From positions 2,200 to 66,199 of the forward strand of contig NZ_DASZUF010000181.1 in the NCBI RefSeq assembly GCF_035547795.1: a DNA stretch of 64,000 nt. The letters are read 5' to 3'. A program made the position numbers and the translations under genes. Position 1 is the stretch's first letter; each line of letters begins with the position of its first letter. Below are positions 26,853 to 38,400 of the stretch, one piece after another. The notes under the pieces were generated by a model. It ran no database searches, had not been told where the DNA came from, and saw only the letters and a list, made by a program, of their open reading frames with translations. This stretch comes from Nocardioides sp. Its GTDB lineage: Bacteria; Actinomycetota; Actinomycetes; Propionibacteriales; Nocardioidaceae.

Positions 26853-28121
26853 GTGCGGCTGACGTGGGATCTGCATGGTGACGGCAAGAGGATCCGCGAG
26901 GGCGACATCGTCGCTCCGTGGGAGCGGCTGACCTGGCCGCGGACCATCGGGTTCGGGGCCCAGCACGTGGTCGCCATGTTCGGGGCGACGTTCCTGGTCC
27001 CGCTGCTGACCGGCTTCCCGCCGACCACGACGCTGTTCTTCTCCGGCGTCGGCACGCTGATCTTCCTGCTACTCACCCGCAACCGGCTGCCCAGCTACCT
27101 GGGCTCCTCGTTCGCGTTCATCGCACCGATCACCGCGGCCACCGGCGACAAGGGCGCCGGGATGGGCGGCGCACTCTTCGGCGTGATCGTCACCGGTGTG
27201 CTGCTGGCGGCCGTGGGCGCCATCGTGATCGCCACCGGCACGCGCTGGATCGAGGTGCTGATGCCGCCGGTGGTCACCGGCGCGATCGTGGCGCTGATCG
27301 GGCTCAACCTGGCCGGCTCGGCGACCACCAACTTCGCCGCCAAGCCCTGGCTAGCGCTGGTCACGCTGCTGGCGGTGCTGGTCGTGACGGTGGCGTTCCG
27401 CGGCCTCACCGCACGGCTGTCGATCCTGATCGGCGTGGTCGTCGGGTACGTCGCCGCCGCGCTGGCCGGCGACATCGACTTCGCCAAGGTCAGGGCCGCC
27501 GACTGGTTCGGCCTGCCCGACTTCACCGGCCCGCACGCCACCTGGTCGGTGGTGCCGATGTTCCTGCCGGTCGTGCTGGTCCTCGTCGCCGAGAACGTCG
27601 GCCACGTGCGCAGCGTCGCCCACCTCGCCGGCGACCACACTCTGAACCGGGAGACCGGCCGGGCGCTGCTCGCCGACGGCCTGGCCAGCACCCTCGCGGG
27701 CCTGGGCGGCGGCTCCGCGACCACGACGTACGGCGAGAACATCGGCGTGATGACCGCGACCCGGGTGTTCTCGACCGCGGCGTACTGGGTGGCCGGACTG
27801 GTCGCGATCCTGCTCAGCCTCTGCCCGAAGGTCGGGGCGCTGCTCAACACCATCCCGGCCGGCGTACTGGGCGGCGTGACGGTCGCGCTCTACGGCCTCA
27901 TCGGCCTGATCGGCATCCGGATCTGGATCGACAACCGGGTCGACTTCTCCCGGCCGGTCAACCAGTTCACCGCCGCGGTCGCGATGGTGATCGGCATCGG
28001 AAACCTGACAGTGAAGACCGGTGACCTCACCTTCACCGGCATCGCGCTGGGCACGATCGCCGCCGTGGTCATCTACCACGGCATGCGCGCCCTGGCCCGG
28101 ATCCGCGGCACCGAGTTGTGA
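26853..28121 (+). CDS. Uracil/xanthine (NCS2) permease
   Basis: GAQHVVAMFG, YLGSSFAF, TTYGENIGV. Confidence 0.93.
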   Translation: MRLTWDLHGDGKRIREGDIVAPWERLTWPRTIGFGAQHVVAMFGATFLVPLLTGFPPTTTLFFSGVGTLIFLLLTRNRLPSYLGSSFAFIAPITAATGDKGAGMGGALFGVIVTGVLLAAVGAIVIATGTRWIEVLMPPVVTGAIVALIGLNLAGSATTNFAAKPWLALVTLLAVLVVTVAFRGLTARLSILIGVVVGYVAAALAGDIDFAKVRAADWFGLPDFTGPHATWSVVPMFLPVVLVLVAENVGHVRSVAHLAGDHTLNRETGRALLADGLASTLAGLGGGSATTTYGENIGVMTATRVFSTAAYWVAGLVAILLSLCPKVGALLNTIPAGVLGGVTVALYGLIGLIGIRIWIDNRVDFSRPVNQFTAAVAMVIGIGNLTVKTGDLTFTGIALGTIAAVVIYHGMRALARIRGTEL

Positions 28122-28167
28122 GTCGGATCCTGCAGAGTCCGAGCGGGAGAACGACTCACCACCACCC

Positions 28168-28887
28168 TCAGGGCAGCTGCTCCAGCAGCTCGGCGACCTC
28201 GGTGCGGCGGCCGGTGTAGAACGGCACCTCCTCGCGCACGTGGCGGCGGGTCTCCGAGCCGCGCAGGTGGCGCATCAGGTCGACGATGCGGGACAGGTCG
28301 TCGGCCTCGAAGGCGAGGATCCACTCGTAGTCGCCCAGCGCGAACGCCGGCACCGTGTTGGCGCGCACGTCGGGGTACTCGCGCGCCATCTGGCCGTGCT
28401 CGGCGAGCAGCGCACGACGCTCGTCGTCGGGCAGCAGGTACCACTCGTAGGAGCGCACGAACGGGTAGACGGCGACGTAGTCGTGTGAGCGCTCGTCGGC
28501 CAGGAACGCCGGCAGGTGCGAGCGGTTGAACTCAGCCGGCCGGTGCAGCGCCATCTGGGACCACACCGGGGCCAGCCGGCGCCCGAAGGACGTGCGACGG
28601 AAGCGGTGGAACGCGCTCTGCAGCTTGTCCGAGGAGTCGGCGTGCAGCCACAGCATCAGGTCGGCGTCGGCACGCAGCCCGGCCACGTCGTAGAGGCCCC
28701 GCAGCACGACGTCCTGCTCCGCGAGATCCGTGAGCAGCTCCTCGACCTCGCGCGCCTCGGCCTTGCGGTCGGCGTCACCGAGCACGTCGGAGAGCTTGAA
28801 GACCGACCACATCGTGTAACGGAGGGTGGCGTTGAGCTCGTTGATCTTGGCGGCGTTCGACTTGATGTGGGCTTGCGGATCGGTCAT
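28168..28887 (-). CDS. hemQ: Coproheme decarboxylase HemQ/ChdC
   Basis: [29 protein letters not shown]; follows hemE-hemY. Confidence 0.93.
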   Translation of the reverse strand: MTDPQAHIKSNAAKINELNATLRYTMWSVFKLSDVLGDADRKAEAREVEELLTDLAEQDVVLRGLYDVAGLRADADLMLWLHADSSDKLQSAFHRFRRTSFGRRLAPVWSQMALHRPAEFNRSHLPAFLADERSHDYVAVYPFVRSYEWYLLPDDERRALLAEHGQMAREYPDVRANTVPAFALGDYEWILAFEADDLSRIVDLMRHLRGSETRRHVREEVPFYTGRRTEVAELLEQLP

Positions 28888-28920
28888 GCCCCTATTGTGC
28901 GCCGGTGACCCAGCACACCC

Positions 28921-30252
28921 TCAGCTGGCCCGGCCCGCCTCGAGCTCGGCCGCGGCACGCTGGGCGGAAGCGATCACGGCCGGGATGCCGACGCCGTCGT
29001 ACGCCGCACCGCACACCGCCAAGCCGGGCAGCTCGGCGACCGCGGCGCGGATGCGGGCAACCCGCTCCAGATGTCCGACGGCGTACTGCGGCAGCGCGTC
29101 GACCCAGCGCTGCACGTGCACGTCCACCGGCGCCGCGTCGATGCCGGCGATCCTGACCAGGTCGGCCAGCGACGCGGCCACCAGCTCGTCGTCGGCGTCG
29201 CTCAGCGTCTCGCCGGCACGGCCGAGTGAGGTGCGCAGCACGGCCAGCCCGTCGCCGGCCTCACGGACCCAGTCCCACTTCGCGAAGGAGTACGTCGAGG
29301 CCTTGATCGCGGTCGGCTCCACCGGCGGGACGAGCAGCCCCGACCGGGAGCCGTCCAGCGGCAGCGCCGCCCGGGGGAAGGCGAAGGTCACCACGGCGCT
29401 GGTCGCGGCCTCGTAGCCGGCCAGCTCGGCCGAGGCCACCGGCGCGATCCCGGCCAGCAGCGGCGCACTCACCCTGGGCTGCGTGGCCAGCACCACCGCG
29501 TCGGCGGCCAGCTCCCCGGCCGGGGTCGAGACCACCCAGGCGCCCGCGTCGCGGGCCAGGTCGAGCGCCGGGGTCTCCAGTCGGACGTCCAAGCCCTCGG
29601 CGAGCGCGGCGGGGAGCTGCCACATCCCGCCGGCCAGGCCACCGAAGACCGGTGCCGTCGACGTCGGCACGACCGCCGCCTGCGGGGTGAGCGGCCCGCG
29701 GGCCAGCATCGTGGGCAGCTGCGGGACGGCGGCCCGGGCGGAGATGCGACGTGCCCGGCCGGCGTACACGCCGCCGAGCAGGGGCTCGACGAGACGGTCG
29801 GTGACCTCGTCGCCGAAGCGGGCCGCGACCAGGTCGCCGACCGAGATGTCTCCCTCGACCGGCTCGACCGGCAGCGACGCCTCGGCCCGCACCCGCTCCA
29901 CGCCGGCGGCCGAGAGCACGCCGGAGGACGCGAGCGCTTCGATGTCCATCGGCACGCCCATGATCGAGCGCGGCATCGGCCGCAGCGCGCCGTAGCTGTA
30001 GATCTGCGAGGTGGCGCCGGTGGGGTGCACCACGTCCAGGCCGAGCGAGGCCGCCAGCGCGAGCCCCTCGGGGCGGCGGGCCAGCATCGCCTCGGCGCCG
30101 ACGTCCACCGTGACGCCGGCGACGGTCGCGGGGCGCAGCTTGCCGCCGACCCGGTCCGACGCCTCGAGCACGACCACGTCGTGGCCGGCGGACGCGAGCG
30201 ACCGGGCCGCGGTCAAGCCCGCGACACCGGCACCGAGCACGAGGACGCGCAT
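28921..30252 (-). CDS. hemY: Coproporphyrinogen/protoporphyrinogen oxidase HemY/CgoX
   Basis: GAGVAGL, DRVGGK, DVGAE, PLLGGVYAG, LPQY, GVGIPA. Confidence 0.93.
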   Translation of the reverse strand: MRVLVLGAGVAGLTAARSLASAGHDVVVLEASDRVGGKLRPATVAGVTVDVGAEAMLARRPEGLALAASLGLDVVHPTGATSQIYSYGALRPMPRSIMGVPMDIEALASSGVLSAAGVERVRAEASLPVEPVEGDISVGDLVAARFGDEVTDRLVEPLLGGVYAGRARRISARAAVPQLPTMLARGPLTPQAAVVPTSTAPVFGGLAGGMWQLPAALAEGLDVRLETPALDLARDAGAWVVSTPAGELAADAVVLATQPRVSAPLLAGIAPVASAELAGYEAATSAVVTFAFPRAALPLDGSRSGLLVPPVEPTAIKASTYSFAKWDWVREAGDGLAVLRTSLGRAGETLSDADDELVAASLADLVRIAGIDAAPVDVHVQRWVDALPQYAVGHLERVARIRAAVAELPGLAVCGAAYDGVGIPAVIASAQRAAAELEAGRAS

Positions 30253-31292
30253 CAGGCCAGCGGGTAGCTGTGGACGAACTCGGTCAGCCGCTGGAGCTGG
30301 TCGGGGTCGGTCGAGGGGATCACGCCGTGGCCGAGGTTGAAGATGTGGCCACGGGCGGCCCGACCGGCCTCGATCACCTCGGCGGCCCGGGCGGTCATCA
30401 CCTCGGTGGGCGCGAAGACCAGGGTCGGGTCGAGGTTGCCCTGGACGGCGCGCTCGCCCACTCGCGGCACTGCCCAGGACAGCGGCGTGCGCCAGTCCAC
30501 GCCGACCACATCGGCGCCGGCCTCGCCCATCTGGTCGAGCAGCATCGCGCTGTTCACGCCGAAGTGGATCTTGGGCACCGACGTGATCCGGGCCAGCACC
30601 TGCGCCGAGTAGGGCATCACGAACGAGCGGTAGTCGTCGGGAGTGACGGCGCCGGCCCACGAGTCGAAGAGCTGGACGGCGGAGGCACCGGCCGCGACCT
30701 GCACCTCGAGGAACGCCGCGGAGATGCCGGCGACCTTGCTCATCAGCGCTCGCCAGATCTCGGGCGCGCCGAACATCAGCGCCTTGGTCCTCGCATAGTC
30801 CTTCGACGGGCCGCCCTCGACCAGGTACGACGCCACCGTGAACGGCGCCCCGGCGAAGCCGATCAGCGGCGTGCCGCCCAGCTCGGCGGTCAGCGCGCGG
30901 ACGGCCGCGGTGATGAACGGCACCTGGTCGGGGGTCAGGTCGGGGATCGCGGCCACGTCGGCCAGCGTCCGGACCGGCTGCGCCACCACCGGGCCCACGC
31001 CCGGCTTGATGTCCAGGTCGACGCCGACCGCCTTGAGCGGCAGCACGATGTCGGAGTAGAAGATGGCCGCGTCGACGCCGTAGCGCCGCACCGGCTGGAG
31101 GGTGATCTCGGTGATCAGCTCGGGGTTCATGCAGGAGTCGAGCATCGGGATGCCCTCGCGCACCTTCAGGTACTCCGGCAGTGCGCGCCCGGCCTGGCGC
31201 ATGTACCAGACCGGCGTGTGCTGCGGCCGCTCGCCGCGCGCGGCCTTGAGGAGGGCGGAGTCGGCCAGGCGGGGATCGGGAGCGAGCGTCAC
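30252..31292 (-). CDS. hemE: Uroporphyrinogen decarboxylase
   Basis: [37 protein letters not shown]. Confidence 0.97.
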   Translation of the reverse strand: MTLAPDPRLADSALLKAARGERPQHTPVWYMRQAGRALPEYLKVREGIPMLDSCMNPELITEITLQPVRRYGVDAAIFYSDIVLPLKAVGVDLDIKPGVGPVVAQPVRTLADVAAIPDLTPDQVPFITAAVRALTAELGGTPLIGFAGAPFTVASYLVEGGPSKDYARTKALMFGAPEIWRALMSKVAGISAAFLEVQVAAGASAVQLFDSWAGAVTPDDYRSFVMPYSAQVLARITSVPKIHFGVNSAMLLDQMGEAGADVVGVDWRTPLSWAVPRVGERAVQGNLDPTLVFAPTEVMTARAAEVIEAGRAARGHIFNLGHGVIPSTDPDQLQRLTEFVHSYPLA

Positions 31293-31363
31293 GGCTACGA
31301 TCGTCGCACTCCACGCGGCGTGTTCGCACATCCGTGCGAGCCATGGCGACCTAGGGTGATGCC

Positions 31364-31981
31364 ATGGTCGCACGGCAGGAGACACAGCCGGGGTCGGGCA
31401 CGCCCGACGTGTTCCGGGCCGCCGTCGCCACCATGAACGCCGCGACCCTGCGCCCGGAGGTCTTCTGCGAGGAGATGCCGGCGCCGCAGCGGATCGCGCC
31501 GTACGCCGCCGCCCTCTCCGCCGATGTCACGGTCGAGGAGACCGACCTCGGCACCGGTCGGCTGATCCTGCTGCACGACCCGGCCGGCAACGACGCCTGG
31601 GCCGGCGGTACGTTCCGCTGTGTGCTCTACGCCCGCGCCGAGGTCGAGGTCGATCTGATCAGCGACCCCATGCTGGGCGAGGTCGGCTGGTCCTGGCTGA
31701 CCGAGGCGCTGCAGGCCCACGACGCGGCGTACGTCGCCGCCTCCGGCACCGTCACCCGGGTCGCGACCGAGAGCTTCGGCGGGATGGCCGACGAGGCCGG
31801 CACCGCCCAGGTCGAGATCCGCGCCTCCTGGACGCCCGTCGCCGGCGAGAGCGGGTACGTCGACGTCCGCCCGCACGTGGAGGCGTGGGGCGAGTTGCTG
31901 TGCACCGCCGTCGGCCTGCCGCCCGTGCCCGACGGCGTCGCGGTGATGCCGAGCCGGCGCGGGCAGCGAGGACCTGCGTGA
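31364..31981 (+). CDS. DUF3000-family protein
   Basis: [25 protein letters not shown]; hemE-DUF3000-rnd order. Confidence 0.85.
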   Translation: MVARQETQPGSGTPDVFRAAVATMNAATLRPEVFCEEMPAPQRIAPYAAALSADVTVEETDLGTGRLILLHDPAGNDAWAGGTFRCVLYARAEVEVDLISDPMLGEVGWSWLTEALQAHDAAYVAASGTVTRVATESFGGMADEAGTAQVEIRASWTPVAGESGYVDVRPHVEAWGELLCTAVGLPPVPDGVAVMPSRRGQRGPA

Positions 31982-33309
31982 CCGATAGCACCACGCCGGG
32001 CAGCGCCGCCGAGGACACCGAGAACGCCCAGGCGCCGCTGCTCACCCTGCGGGAGGGCCTGCCCCCGGTGACCGACACCGACGAGGGGCTGCAGGCCGCG
32101 GCGGCCGCGATCGCGGCCGGGACGGGGCCGGTCGGCATCGACGCCGAGCGCGCCTCCGGCTACCGCTACTCCAACCGCGCCTACCTGATCCAGCTGCGCC
32201 GCGAGGGCGCCGGCAGCTGGCTGATCGACCCGATCGGACTGACCACGCTGCAGCCGCTGGCCGAGGCGCTGGAGGGCACCGAGTGGATCCTGCACGCGGC
32301 CACCCAGGACCTGCCCTGCCTGGCCGAGGTGGGGCTGCGCCCGTCCGCACTGTTCGACACCGAGCTGGCCGGCCGGCTGCTCGGCTACCCCCGCGTCGGC
32401 CTGGCCACGCTGGTGGAGACGGTGCTCGGCTTCCACATGAAGAAGGAGCATTCCGCCGCCGACTGGTCGACCCGGCCGCTGCCGGAGGCCTGGCTGGAGT
32501 ACGCCGCGCTCGACGTCGAGGTGCTCGTCGAGCTGCGCGCCGTGCTCGCCGCCGAGCTGGAGGCGGCCGGCAAGGCGGAGTGGGCGCGCCAGGAGTTCGA
32601 CTACCTGCGCGGCTTCGAGCCCACACCGCGGGTGGAGGCGTGGCGGCGTACCTCCGGCATGCATCGCATCCGTGGCCGGCGCGAGCTGGCGGCGGTGCGC
32701 GAGCTGTGGGAGACCCGCGACGAGATCGCCCGACAGCGTGACGTGACACCAGGCAGGATCATTCCCGACTCGGCGATCGTGGCAGCCGCGGCCGCGATGC
32801 CCAGCGACCGGGACGCGCTGATGGCCACCAAGGGCTTCCACGGCCGCGGGGCCGAGCGCTACGCCTCCCGCTGGGTGGCCGCCCTACGCCGGGTCGCCGA
32901 GATGGACGAGTCCCGGCTTCCGGTGCGCACTCCGCGCGGCGACGGTCCGCCGGTGCCGCGGGCCTGGGCGGAGCGGGATCCGATCGCCGCCCGGCGGCTG
33001 GCGCTCGCGCGCGACGCCGTGCAGCGCCTCGCCGGGGAGCACAACCTGCCGGTGGAGAACCTGCTCACCCCCGACTTCCTGCGCCGGGTGATGTGGACGC
33101 CCCCGGCCACCCGCGATCCGGGCACCCTGCTGGACCAGGTCATCGCCCAGCTCGCGTCGTACGGCGCCCGCGGGTGGCAGATCGCGCTCACCGCGCCGCT
33201 GTTGACCGACGCGGTGCTGGCGGCCGAGGCTCAGCCGGCCGGCGTCGAGGCTGACGTGGTCGCCGATGTGGTGGCCGACGGCGAGGACGAGGACGACGGC
33301 AGCGCCTGA
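31978..33309 (+). CDS. rnd: Ribonuclease D (DEDD exonuclease + HRDC)
   Basis: IDAERASG, LHAATQDL, FDTELA, DWSTRPL, YAALDV. Confidence 0.93.
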   Translation: MTDSTTPGSAAEDTENAQAPLLTLREGLPPVTDTDEGLQAAAAAIAAGTGPVGIDAERASGYRYSNRAYLIQLRREGAGSWLIDPIGLTTLQPLAEALEGTEWILHAATQDLPCLAEVGLRPSALFDTELAGRLLGYPRVGLATLVETVLGFHMKKEHSAADWSTRPLPEAWLEYAALDVEVLVELRAVLAAELEAAGKAEWARQEFDYLRGFEPTPRVEAWRRTSGMHRIRGRRELAAVRELWETRDEIARQRDVTPGRIIPDSAIVAAAAAMPSDRDALMATKGFHGRGAERYASRWVAALRRVAEMDESRLPVRTPRGDGPPVPRAWAERDPIAARRLALARDAVQRLAGEHNLPVENLLTPDFLRRVMWTPPATRDPGTLLDQVIAQLASYGARGWQIALTAPLLTDAVLAAEAQPAGVEADVVADVVADGEDEDDGSA

Positions 33310-34628
33310 GCCAGGATCGGCTGGCTGGCGGCGTCGATCGAGGCGCTGATCCCGGCCACGTCGGCGCCCGGGGCGAGCAGCTGAGTGAGCAGGCCGCCGA
33401 CGGCGCCGTCGAGGGAGTCGGCGACGTCAGAGGAGACCGGCAGGATGTGCATCTGCCGGATGCTGTTGACGAAGACCTTCGCGTGCGCCGGCTGGAGGTC
33501 GGGCTGCAGGAAGTCGTCGGAGAGCGCCACCTCGTTGTTGACCGGCACGATCGAGCCGGCGTGGGCGACGATGGCCTCGGCGTCGTCGGAGACCAGGTAG
33601 GCGAGCAGGTCGGCGGCGGCCTGGGGCGTCTTGGTGGTGCGGCTCAGGCACAGCCCGGTGTAGTCGCCGACGGTGGTGGTGCCGTTGACCGAGGGCAGCG
33701 AGATGACGTCCCAGTGCAGGCCCGGCTGCTCGCGCAGCTCGGGCACGATCGAGCGGTCGCCGACCATCATCGCCAGCTTGCCGCGCTCGAACCACTGTAG
33801 CGGCGTGTGCTTCTTCAGCTGCTGGGCGCTCAGCGTGGCACCGGGTGTGGTGACCGCCGGCAGCAGCTCCTCCAGCGCCTTCTGGCTGCTGGGGTCGGAG
33901 AAGGCGAGCGAGGTCGGCGTGGTCTCGTCGTCGAAGACCTTGCCCTGGCCGGAGTAGATGTACGGCGCCAGGCCCTCCAGCGTCGGCGGCAGGTAGAACC
34001 CGCGGATCCGCGGCCCGGCGGCGCTGGCGTACTGCACCGCGGCGGCGAAGGTGTTCACCGTCCACTTGCCGCTGTCCAGGCTGTTCGGGGTGGCAACGCC
34101 GGCGGCCTTCATCGCGTCGAAGTCGACCAGGTCGGTGTTGTAGTAGACGACGTCCGGGTCGGCCGCGTACGGCATGCACTGCAGGTGCCGGTCGGCGGAG
34201 AACGCCTCCAGCGCCTCACGGGAGTACTCGTCGCCCAGGTCGACGTTGCGGGCCGCCAACGCCTCGTCCACCGGGGCGATGGTCTTGTCCTGCTCCAGCT
34301 CGGCGAGGTCCTCCCGGCCGGCGAGGAAGACGTCGGGCGTGGGGCTGCCCGAGGCCAGGTCCTTCATCATCGCCGCAGCGGTGGGCCAGGTCTGCACGCT
34401 GATGGTGACGTCGGTGTGCTGGGCGTCGTAGGTCGAGACCGCCTGCTGGTACGCCGCCAATTCGGCCGGCGACCCGAACACCCCCAGCCTCAACTGGGTG
34501 GGACCGGCCGCGGCGGTGTGACTGGGCCGCGTCTTGTGGTGCTTGGTGGCCGCGGCGTGGCCGCCGCAGCCGCTGAGTGCCGCGCCAGCGACGACGGTGA
34601 GGGCGATCGCGGAGGCCACCTTGCTCAT
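33231..34628 (-). CDS. Sugar ABC transporter substrate-binding lipoprotein (no permease adjacent)
   Basis: Lipobox LSGC, PDVF, VVYYNTDL, FERGKLAM. Confidence 0.85.
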   Translation of the reverse strand: MSKVASAIALTVVAGAALSGCGGHAAATKHHKTRPSHTAAAGPTQLRLGVFGSPAELAAYQQAVSTYDAQHTDVTISVQTWPTAAAMMKDLASGSPTPDVFLAGREDLAELEQDKTIAPVDEALAARNVDLGDEYSREALEAFSADRHLQCMPYAADPDVVYYNTDLVDFDAMKAAGVATPNSLDSGKWTVNTFAAAVQYASAAGPRIRGFYLPPTLEGLAPYIYSGQGKVFDDETTPTSLAFSDPSSQKALEELLPAVTTPGATLSAQQLKKHTPLQWFERGKLAMMVGDRSIVPELREQPGLHWDVISLPSVNGTTTVGDYTGLCLSRTTKTPQAAADLLAYLVSDDAEAIVAHAGSIVPVNNEVALSDDFLQPDLQPAHAKVFVNSIRQMHILPVSSDVADSLDGAVGGLLTQLLAPGADVAGISASIDAASQPILAQALPSSSSSPSATTSATTSASTPAG

Positions 34629-34726
34629 CGACCTCACTCGCGCGCCTCCGTCATCTCGCCTGGTCTCGAACTGCCGCCTCACTCTAGCGGCCGGCATCTG
34701 AGGAGACCCTGAGAGGGAAGACTCCG

Positions 34727-34823
34727 AAGAAAGGGAGCACGCCGGACCGGGAGCGCCTCACGGCGCGTGGCCGCTCGCAGCGGCTAATTTTGGGACCCGG
34801 GGCTGCCGCGGCCCGACGTACTC
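34727..34823 (-). ncRNA. Candidate structured small RNA (unassigned family)
   Basis: TAAAAT -10 at 34836-34831, 15-bp closing stem with G-U pairs, two internal hairpins (one GUGA tetraloop), U-rich tail. Confidence 0.65.
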
Positions 34824-34842
34824 GTTGTCTATTTTAACGCCC

Positions 34843-35436
34843 TCACCCCAACCGGTGGGCCAGTTCCGCGTGACCGGCGGTCTCCAGTTGCTCGGCGAGG
34901 GTCAGGGTGTGCCGCACCTCGGCGGGATCGTGCTCCAGCGCCGCCCGACCGGTGGCGACGACGCGGGCGAAGGCGGCCGCCCGCAGGAGTACGTCGGCGA
35001 AGTCGCTGCCGGCGATGCCGCGCAGCACCTCGTCGACCATCGTCTGGAGCTCCTCCGGGCCCGGCGGCTCGGCCACCCCGGCGACCACGCGGGCGACCTG
35101 CGCCCGGGTCCGGCCGGCGTCGAACTGCCGCGCCACCTCGACCGGATCGGCGTACACCCAGCTGCGCAGCAGGTAGAGCCGCCACAGGCACCCCGCGAGC
35201 GTGTCGGCCGGGCTGCCGGCCCAGACCTCGGCGATCGCCTCGATGCCCTCGGTGTCGGCCAGGTGCAGCAGTCGCTCGGCGACCTGGGGGTCGCCCGTCT
35301 CGCGTGCGCCCCGCACCAGCAGGGTGGCGGCCCGGTCGGCGGCCTCCCGCACCTCGATCGGGTCCACTCCCCCGGCCACCGATTCCAGGAACCGGTCGCC
35401 CGGCGTCATCGGCCGGTGATGCTTCCGTTCGGTCAT
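34843..35436 (-). CDS. Conserved hypothetical protein coupled to hrpA
   Basis: ATGA overlap with the hrpA stop; all-helical-looking 197 aa (LAGCLWRLYLLRSW, DFADVLLRAAAF). Confidence 0.8.
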   Translation of the reverse strand: MTERKHHRPMTPGDRFLESVAGGVDPIEVREAADRAATLLVRGARETGDPQVAERLLHLADTEGIEAIAEVWAGSPADTLAGCLWRLYLLRSWVYADPVEVARQFDAGRTRAQVARVVAGVAEPPGPEELQTMVDEVLRGIAGSDFADVLLRAAAFARVVATGRAALEHDPAEVRHTLTLAEQLETAGHAELAHRLG

Positions 35437-38400
35437 CCCAACACCTTACGGATCCGAGCATCAGAGACGGGCTGAGCGGTGCCCAGCTGCTGGGCCCAGA
35501 GCTGGACGCGGTACTCCTCGAGCATCCAGCGCGCCCGGCGCAGCCGCTCGCCCGGCGGTCGACCGGGCGGCAGCGCGGCGAGCTGGTGCAGGTAGTGCTC
35601 CTGCAGCTCGGCGATCCGGCCCTGGAGCTCCCGGTCGGCGACCAGGGCGGCGTCGAGCCGCTCGCGGCGCAGCACGATCGCGCGCAGGTACGTCGGATAA
35701 CGGCGCAGCTGCGCCGGCCCGGCGTCGTGGATGAAGCCGGGCGCCATCAGTCGGGCGAGCTGGTCCCTCATGTCGGTCAACGCCGGCAGCTGGTACATGT
35801 CGGCGCGACCGGACAACGCCTTGTCTGCCTCCCGCCAGGCCGCCAGAGCGCGCAGCGCGTCCCCGAGCACGGCGGCGGTGGCCGCGCGCTGCTCCTCGGG
35901 CGTGCCGAGCGCCTGTCGCAGCGCCTCGAAGCCCGCCGCGGTGAGCACCCGCGGCCGGGCGTCGACGGCCTGCTGCACCACGGCGGCGCGGCAGTCCTCG
36001 ACCAGCGCGGCGGTGGTGGGGTACGGCGTCGAGGCCAGCGCCAGCCGGTCGGTCATCGACAGCGCCTCGATCACCTGCTTGGTCGGGTCCGGGGTGGTCA
36101 ACAGCACCAGCCGGGCGACACCGAGCCGGTGTCGCGCCTCGGCCTCCTCCGGACTGCCGCAGACGACGACGCCCGCGCTGGCGCCCTCGTCGTCCAGCGC
36201 GGGGTAGACGGTGACCTCGTGGCCGGCCCGCTTCTCGGTGACCGTCGCCGGCAGATCGCCGATGTCCCACGACGCGAGCCCGGTGCGGGCCAGCCCGGCG
36301 TCGTATGCGACCTCGGCGATCGCCTGCCGGAACTCCCCCGCCAGCGGCGCCTTCAGCGCTGCCAGGTCCTTGCCACGGGCCCGCTCGCGGCCGTCCTCGT
36401 CGACGACGCGGTACGTCGGGCGCAGGTGCTCGGGCACCTTCGACCAGTCCCAGGCCTCGCGCGGGACGTGCAGCCCGGCCGTGGCGCGCGCCCAGCGCTC
36501 GAGCGCGTCGAGCAGCGGCTCCTCGCCCGGTGGCGTCTCGGCGAGGAACTGCCGGGCCCGGTCTGGGGCCGGCACCAGTGCGGTGCGCAGCTGCTTGGGC
36601 AGGCTGCGGATGAGCGCGGTGACCAGCTCCTCGCGCAGGCCCGGGACGTTCCAGGAGAAGTCCTCGTCGCCGACCCGGTTGAGCGTGGCGACGGGTACGT
36701 CGATGGTCAGGCCGTCCTCGGCGGCGCCCGGCTCGAAGTGGTAGCCGATCTCGAATGTGAGCGGGCCACTCTCCCACTGTGTCGGGAACTCCTGCTCCGA
36801 CACCTCCACGTCCCGGGTGAGCATGTCGAGGCTGAACGTCAGCTGCTGCTTGTCGCGCTGCTGCTTCCACCAGCGGTCGAAGTGCTGCCCGCTGACCACG
36901 TCGGCGGGGATGCGGGCGTCGTAGAAGTCGAACAGGGTGTGCTCGTCGACCACGATGTCGCGCCGCCGGGCGCGGTGTTCGAGCTCCTGGGCCTCCTCCA
37001 GCAGCCGGGCGTTGTCGCGCAGGAACCGGTGATGCGTCTGCCACTCCCCGTAGACCAGCGCGTGCCTGATGAACAGCTCGCGGGCCAGCTCGGGATCGAT
37101 CCGGCCGTAGTTGACGGGGCGATCGGCCGCCAGGGGTACGCCGTAGAGTGTGACGCGCTCGCGCGCCATCACGGCCGCCCGCTTGCGGGACCAGTGCGGC
37201 TCGGAGTAGGTCCGCTTGACCAGGTCGCCGGCGAGCCGCTCGGCCCACTCGGGCTTGATGGCGGCGTTCTGGCGGGCCCACAGCCGGCCGGTCTCGACCA
37301 GCTCGCCGGCCATCACGAACGGCGGGTTGCGCCGGTGCAGGGCGCTGCCGGGGAAGATCGCGAACCGGGTGTTGCGCGCGCCGAGGTACTCCCGCGGCCC
37401 CGACCGCCGGGCCTTGTCACCGGCCTTGTCACGGGTTCGCTCCTCCAGCAGGCCGATGTGGGAGAGCAGACCCGAGAGCAGCGCCTGGTGGATGCCGTCC
37501 TCGTCGGGGCTGTCCGCGGGGCGGCCGACCTGGATCCTCATCTCCTTGCAGACCTGGCGCAGCTGGGACTCGAACTCCTGCCACTCCCGCACCCGCAGGT
37601 AGTTGAGGAACTCGCGTCGGCACATCCGCCGGAACGCGCTGGAGGACAGCTCGCGCTGCTGCTCCTTGAGGTAGCGCCACAGGTTGAGCCAGGTCAGGAA
37701 GTCACTGGCCTCGTGCTTGAACCGGGCGTGCAGCTGGTCGGCCTGCGCCTGCTCCTTGGGGTGATCGGCGCCGGGCCTCTCGCGCGGGTCCTGCAGGCTC
37801 AGCGCGGCCGCGATCACGATCACCTCGCGCACGCAGCCGAGCCGCTCGGCCTCCAGGATCATCCGGCCCAGTCGCGGGTCGATCGGCAGCCGGGCCAGCC
37901 GCCGACCGAGCCTCGTGAGTCGGGGATTTCGCCCCGTTGATTCCGGCCTTCTGTCCCTTTCATTCGGGGATCCGAGCGCGCCGAGCTCCTCCAGCAGCTG
38001 CACGCCGGCGGTCACGTTGCGGCTCTCCGGCGGCTCCACGAAGGGGAACCGGGCGATCTCACCCAGGCCCAGCGAGGCCATCTGGAGAATGACGCTGGCC
38101 AGGTTGGTGCGCAGGATCTCCGGTTCGGTGAACTCCGGCCGGCCCGCGAAGTCCTCCTCGTCGTAGAGCCGGATCGCGATGCCCGCCTCGACGCGCCCGC
38201 AGCGGCCGGAGCGCTGGTTGGCCGACGCCTGCGAGATCGGTTCGATGGGCAGGCGCTGCACCTTCGTGCGGCTGGAGTAGCGGCTGATCCGGGCCAGCCC
38301 GGTGTCGACGACGTACCTGATGCCGGGCACCGTCAGCGAGGTCTCGGCGACGTTGGTGGCGAGGACGACGCGGCGACCGGTGTGCGGCTGGAAGACGCGG

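Noticed and set aside
28921-31344. Apparent long fusion ORFs (807 aa ending in HemY; also 40735-42912 and 61714-63165)
   Set aside because: The N-terminal parts are off-frame readings of the upstream gene; the true starts overlap the upstream stops
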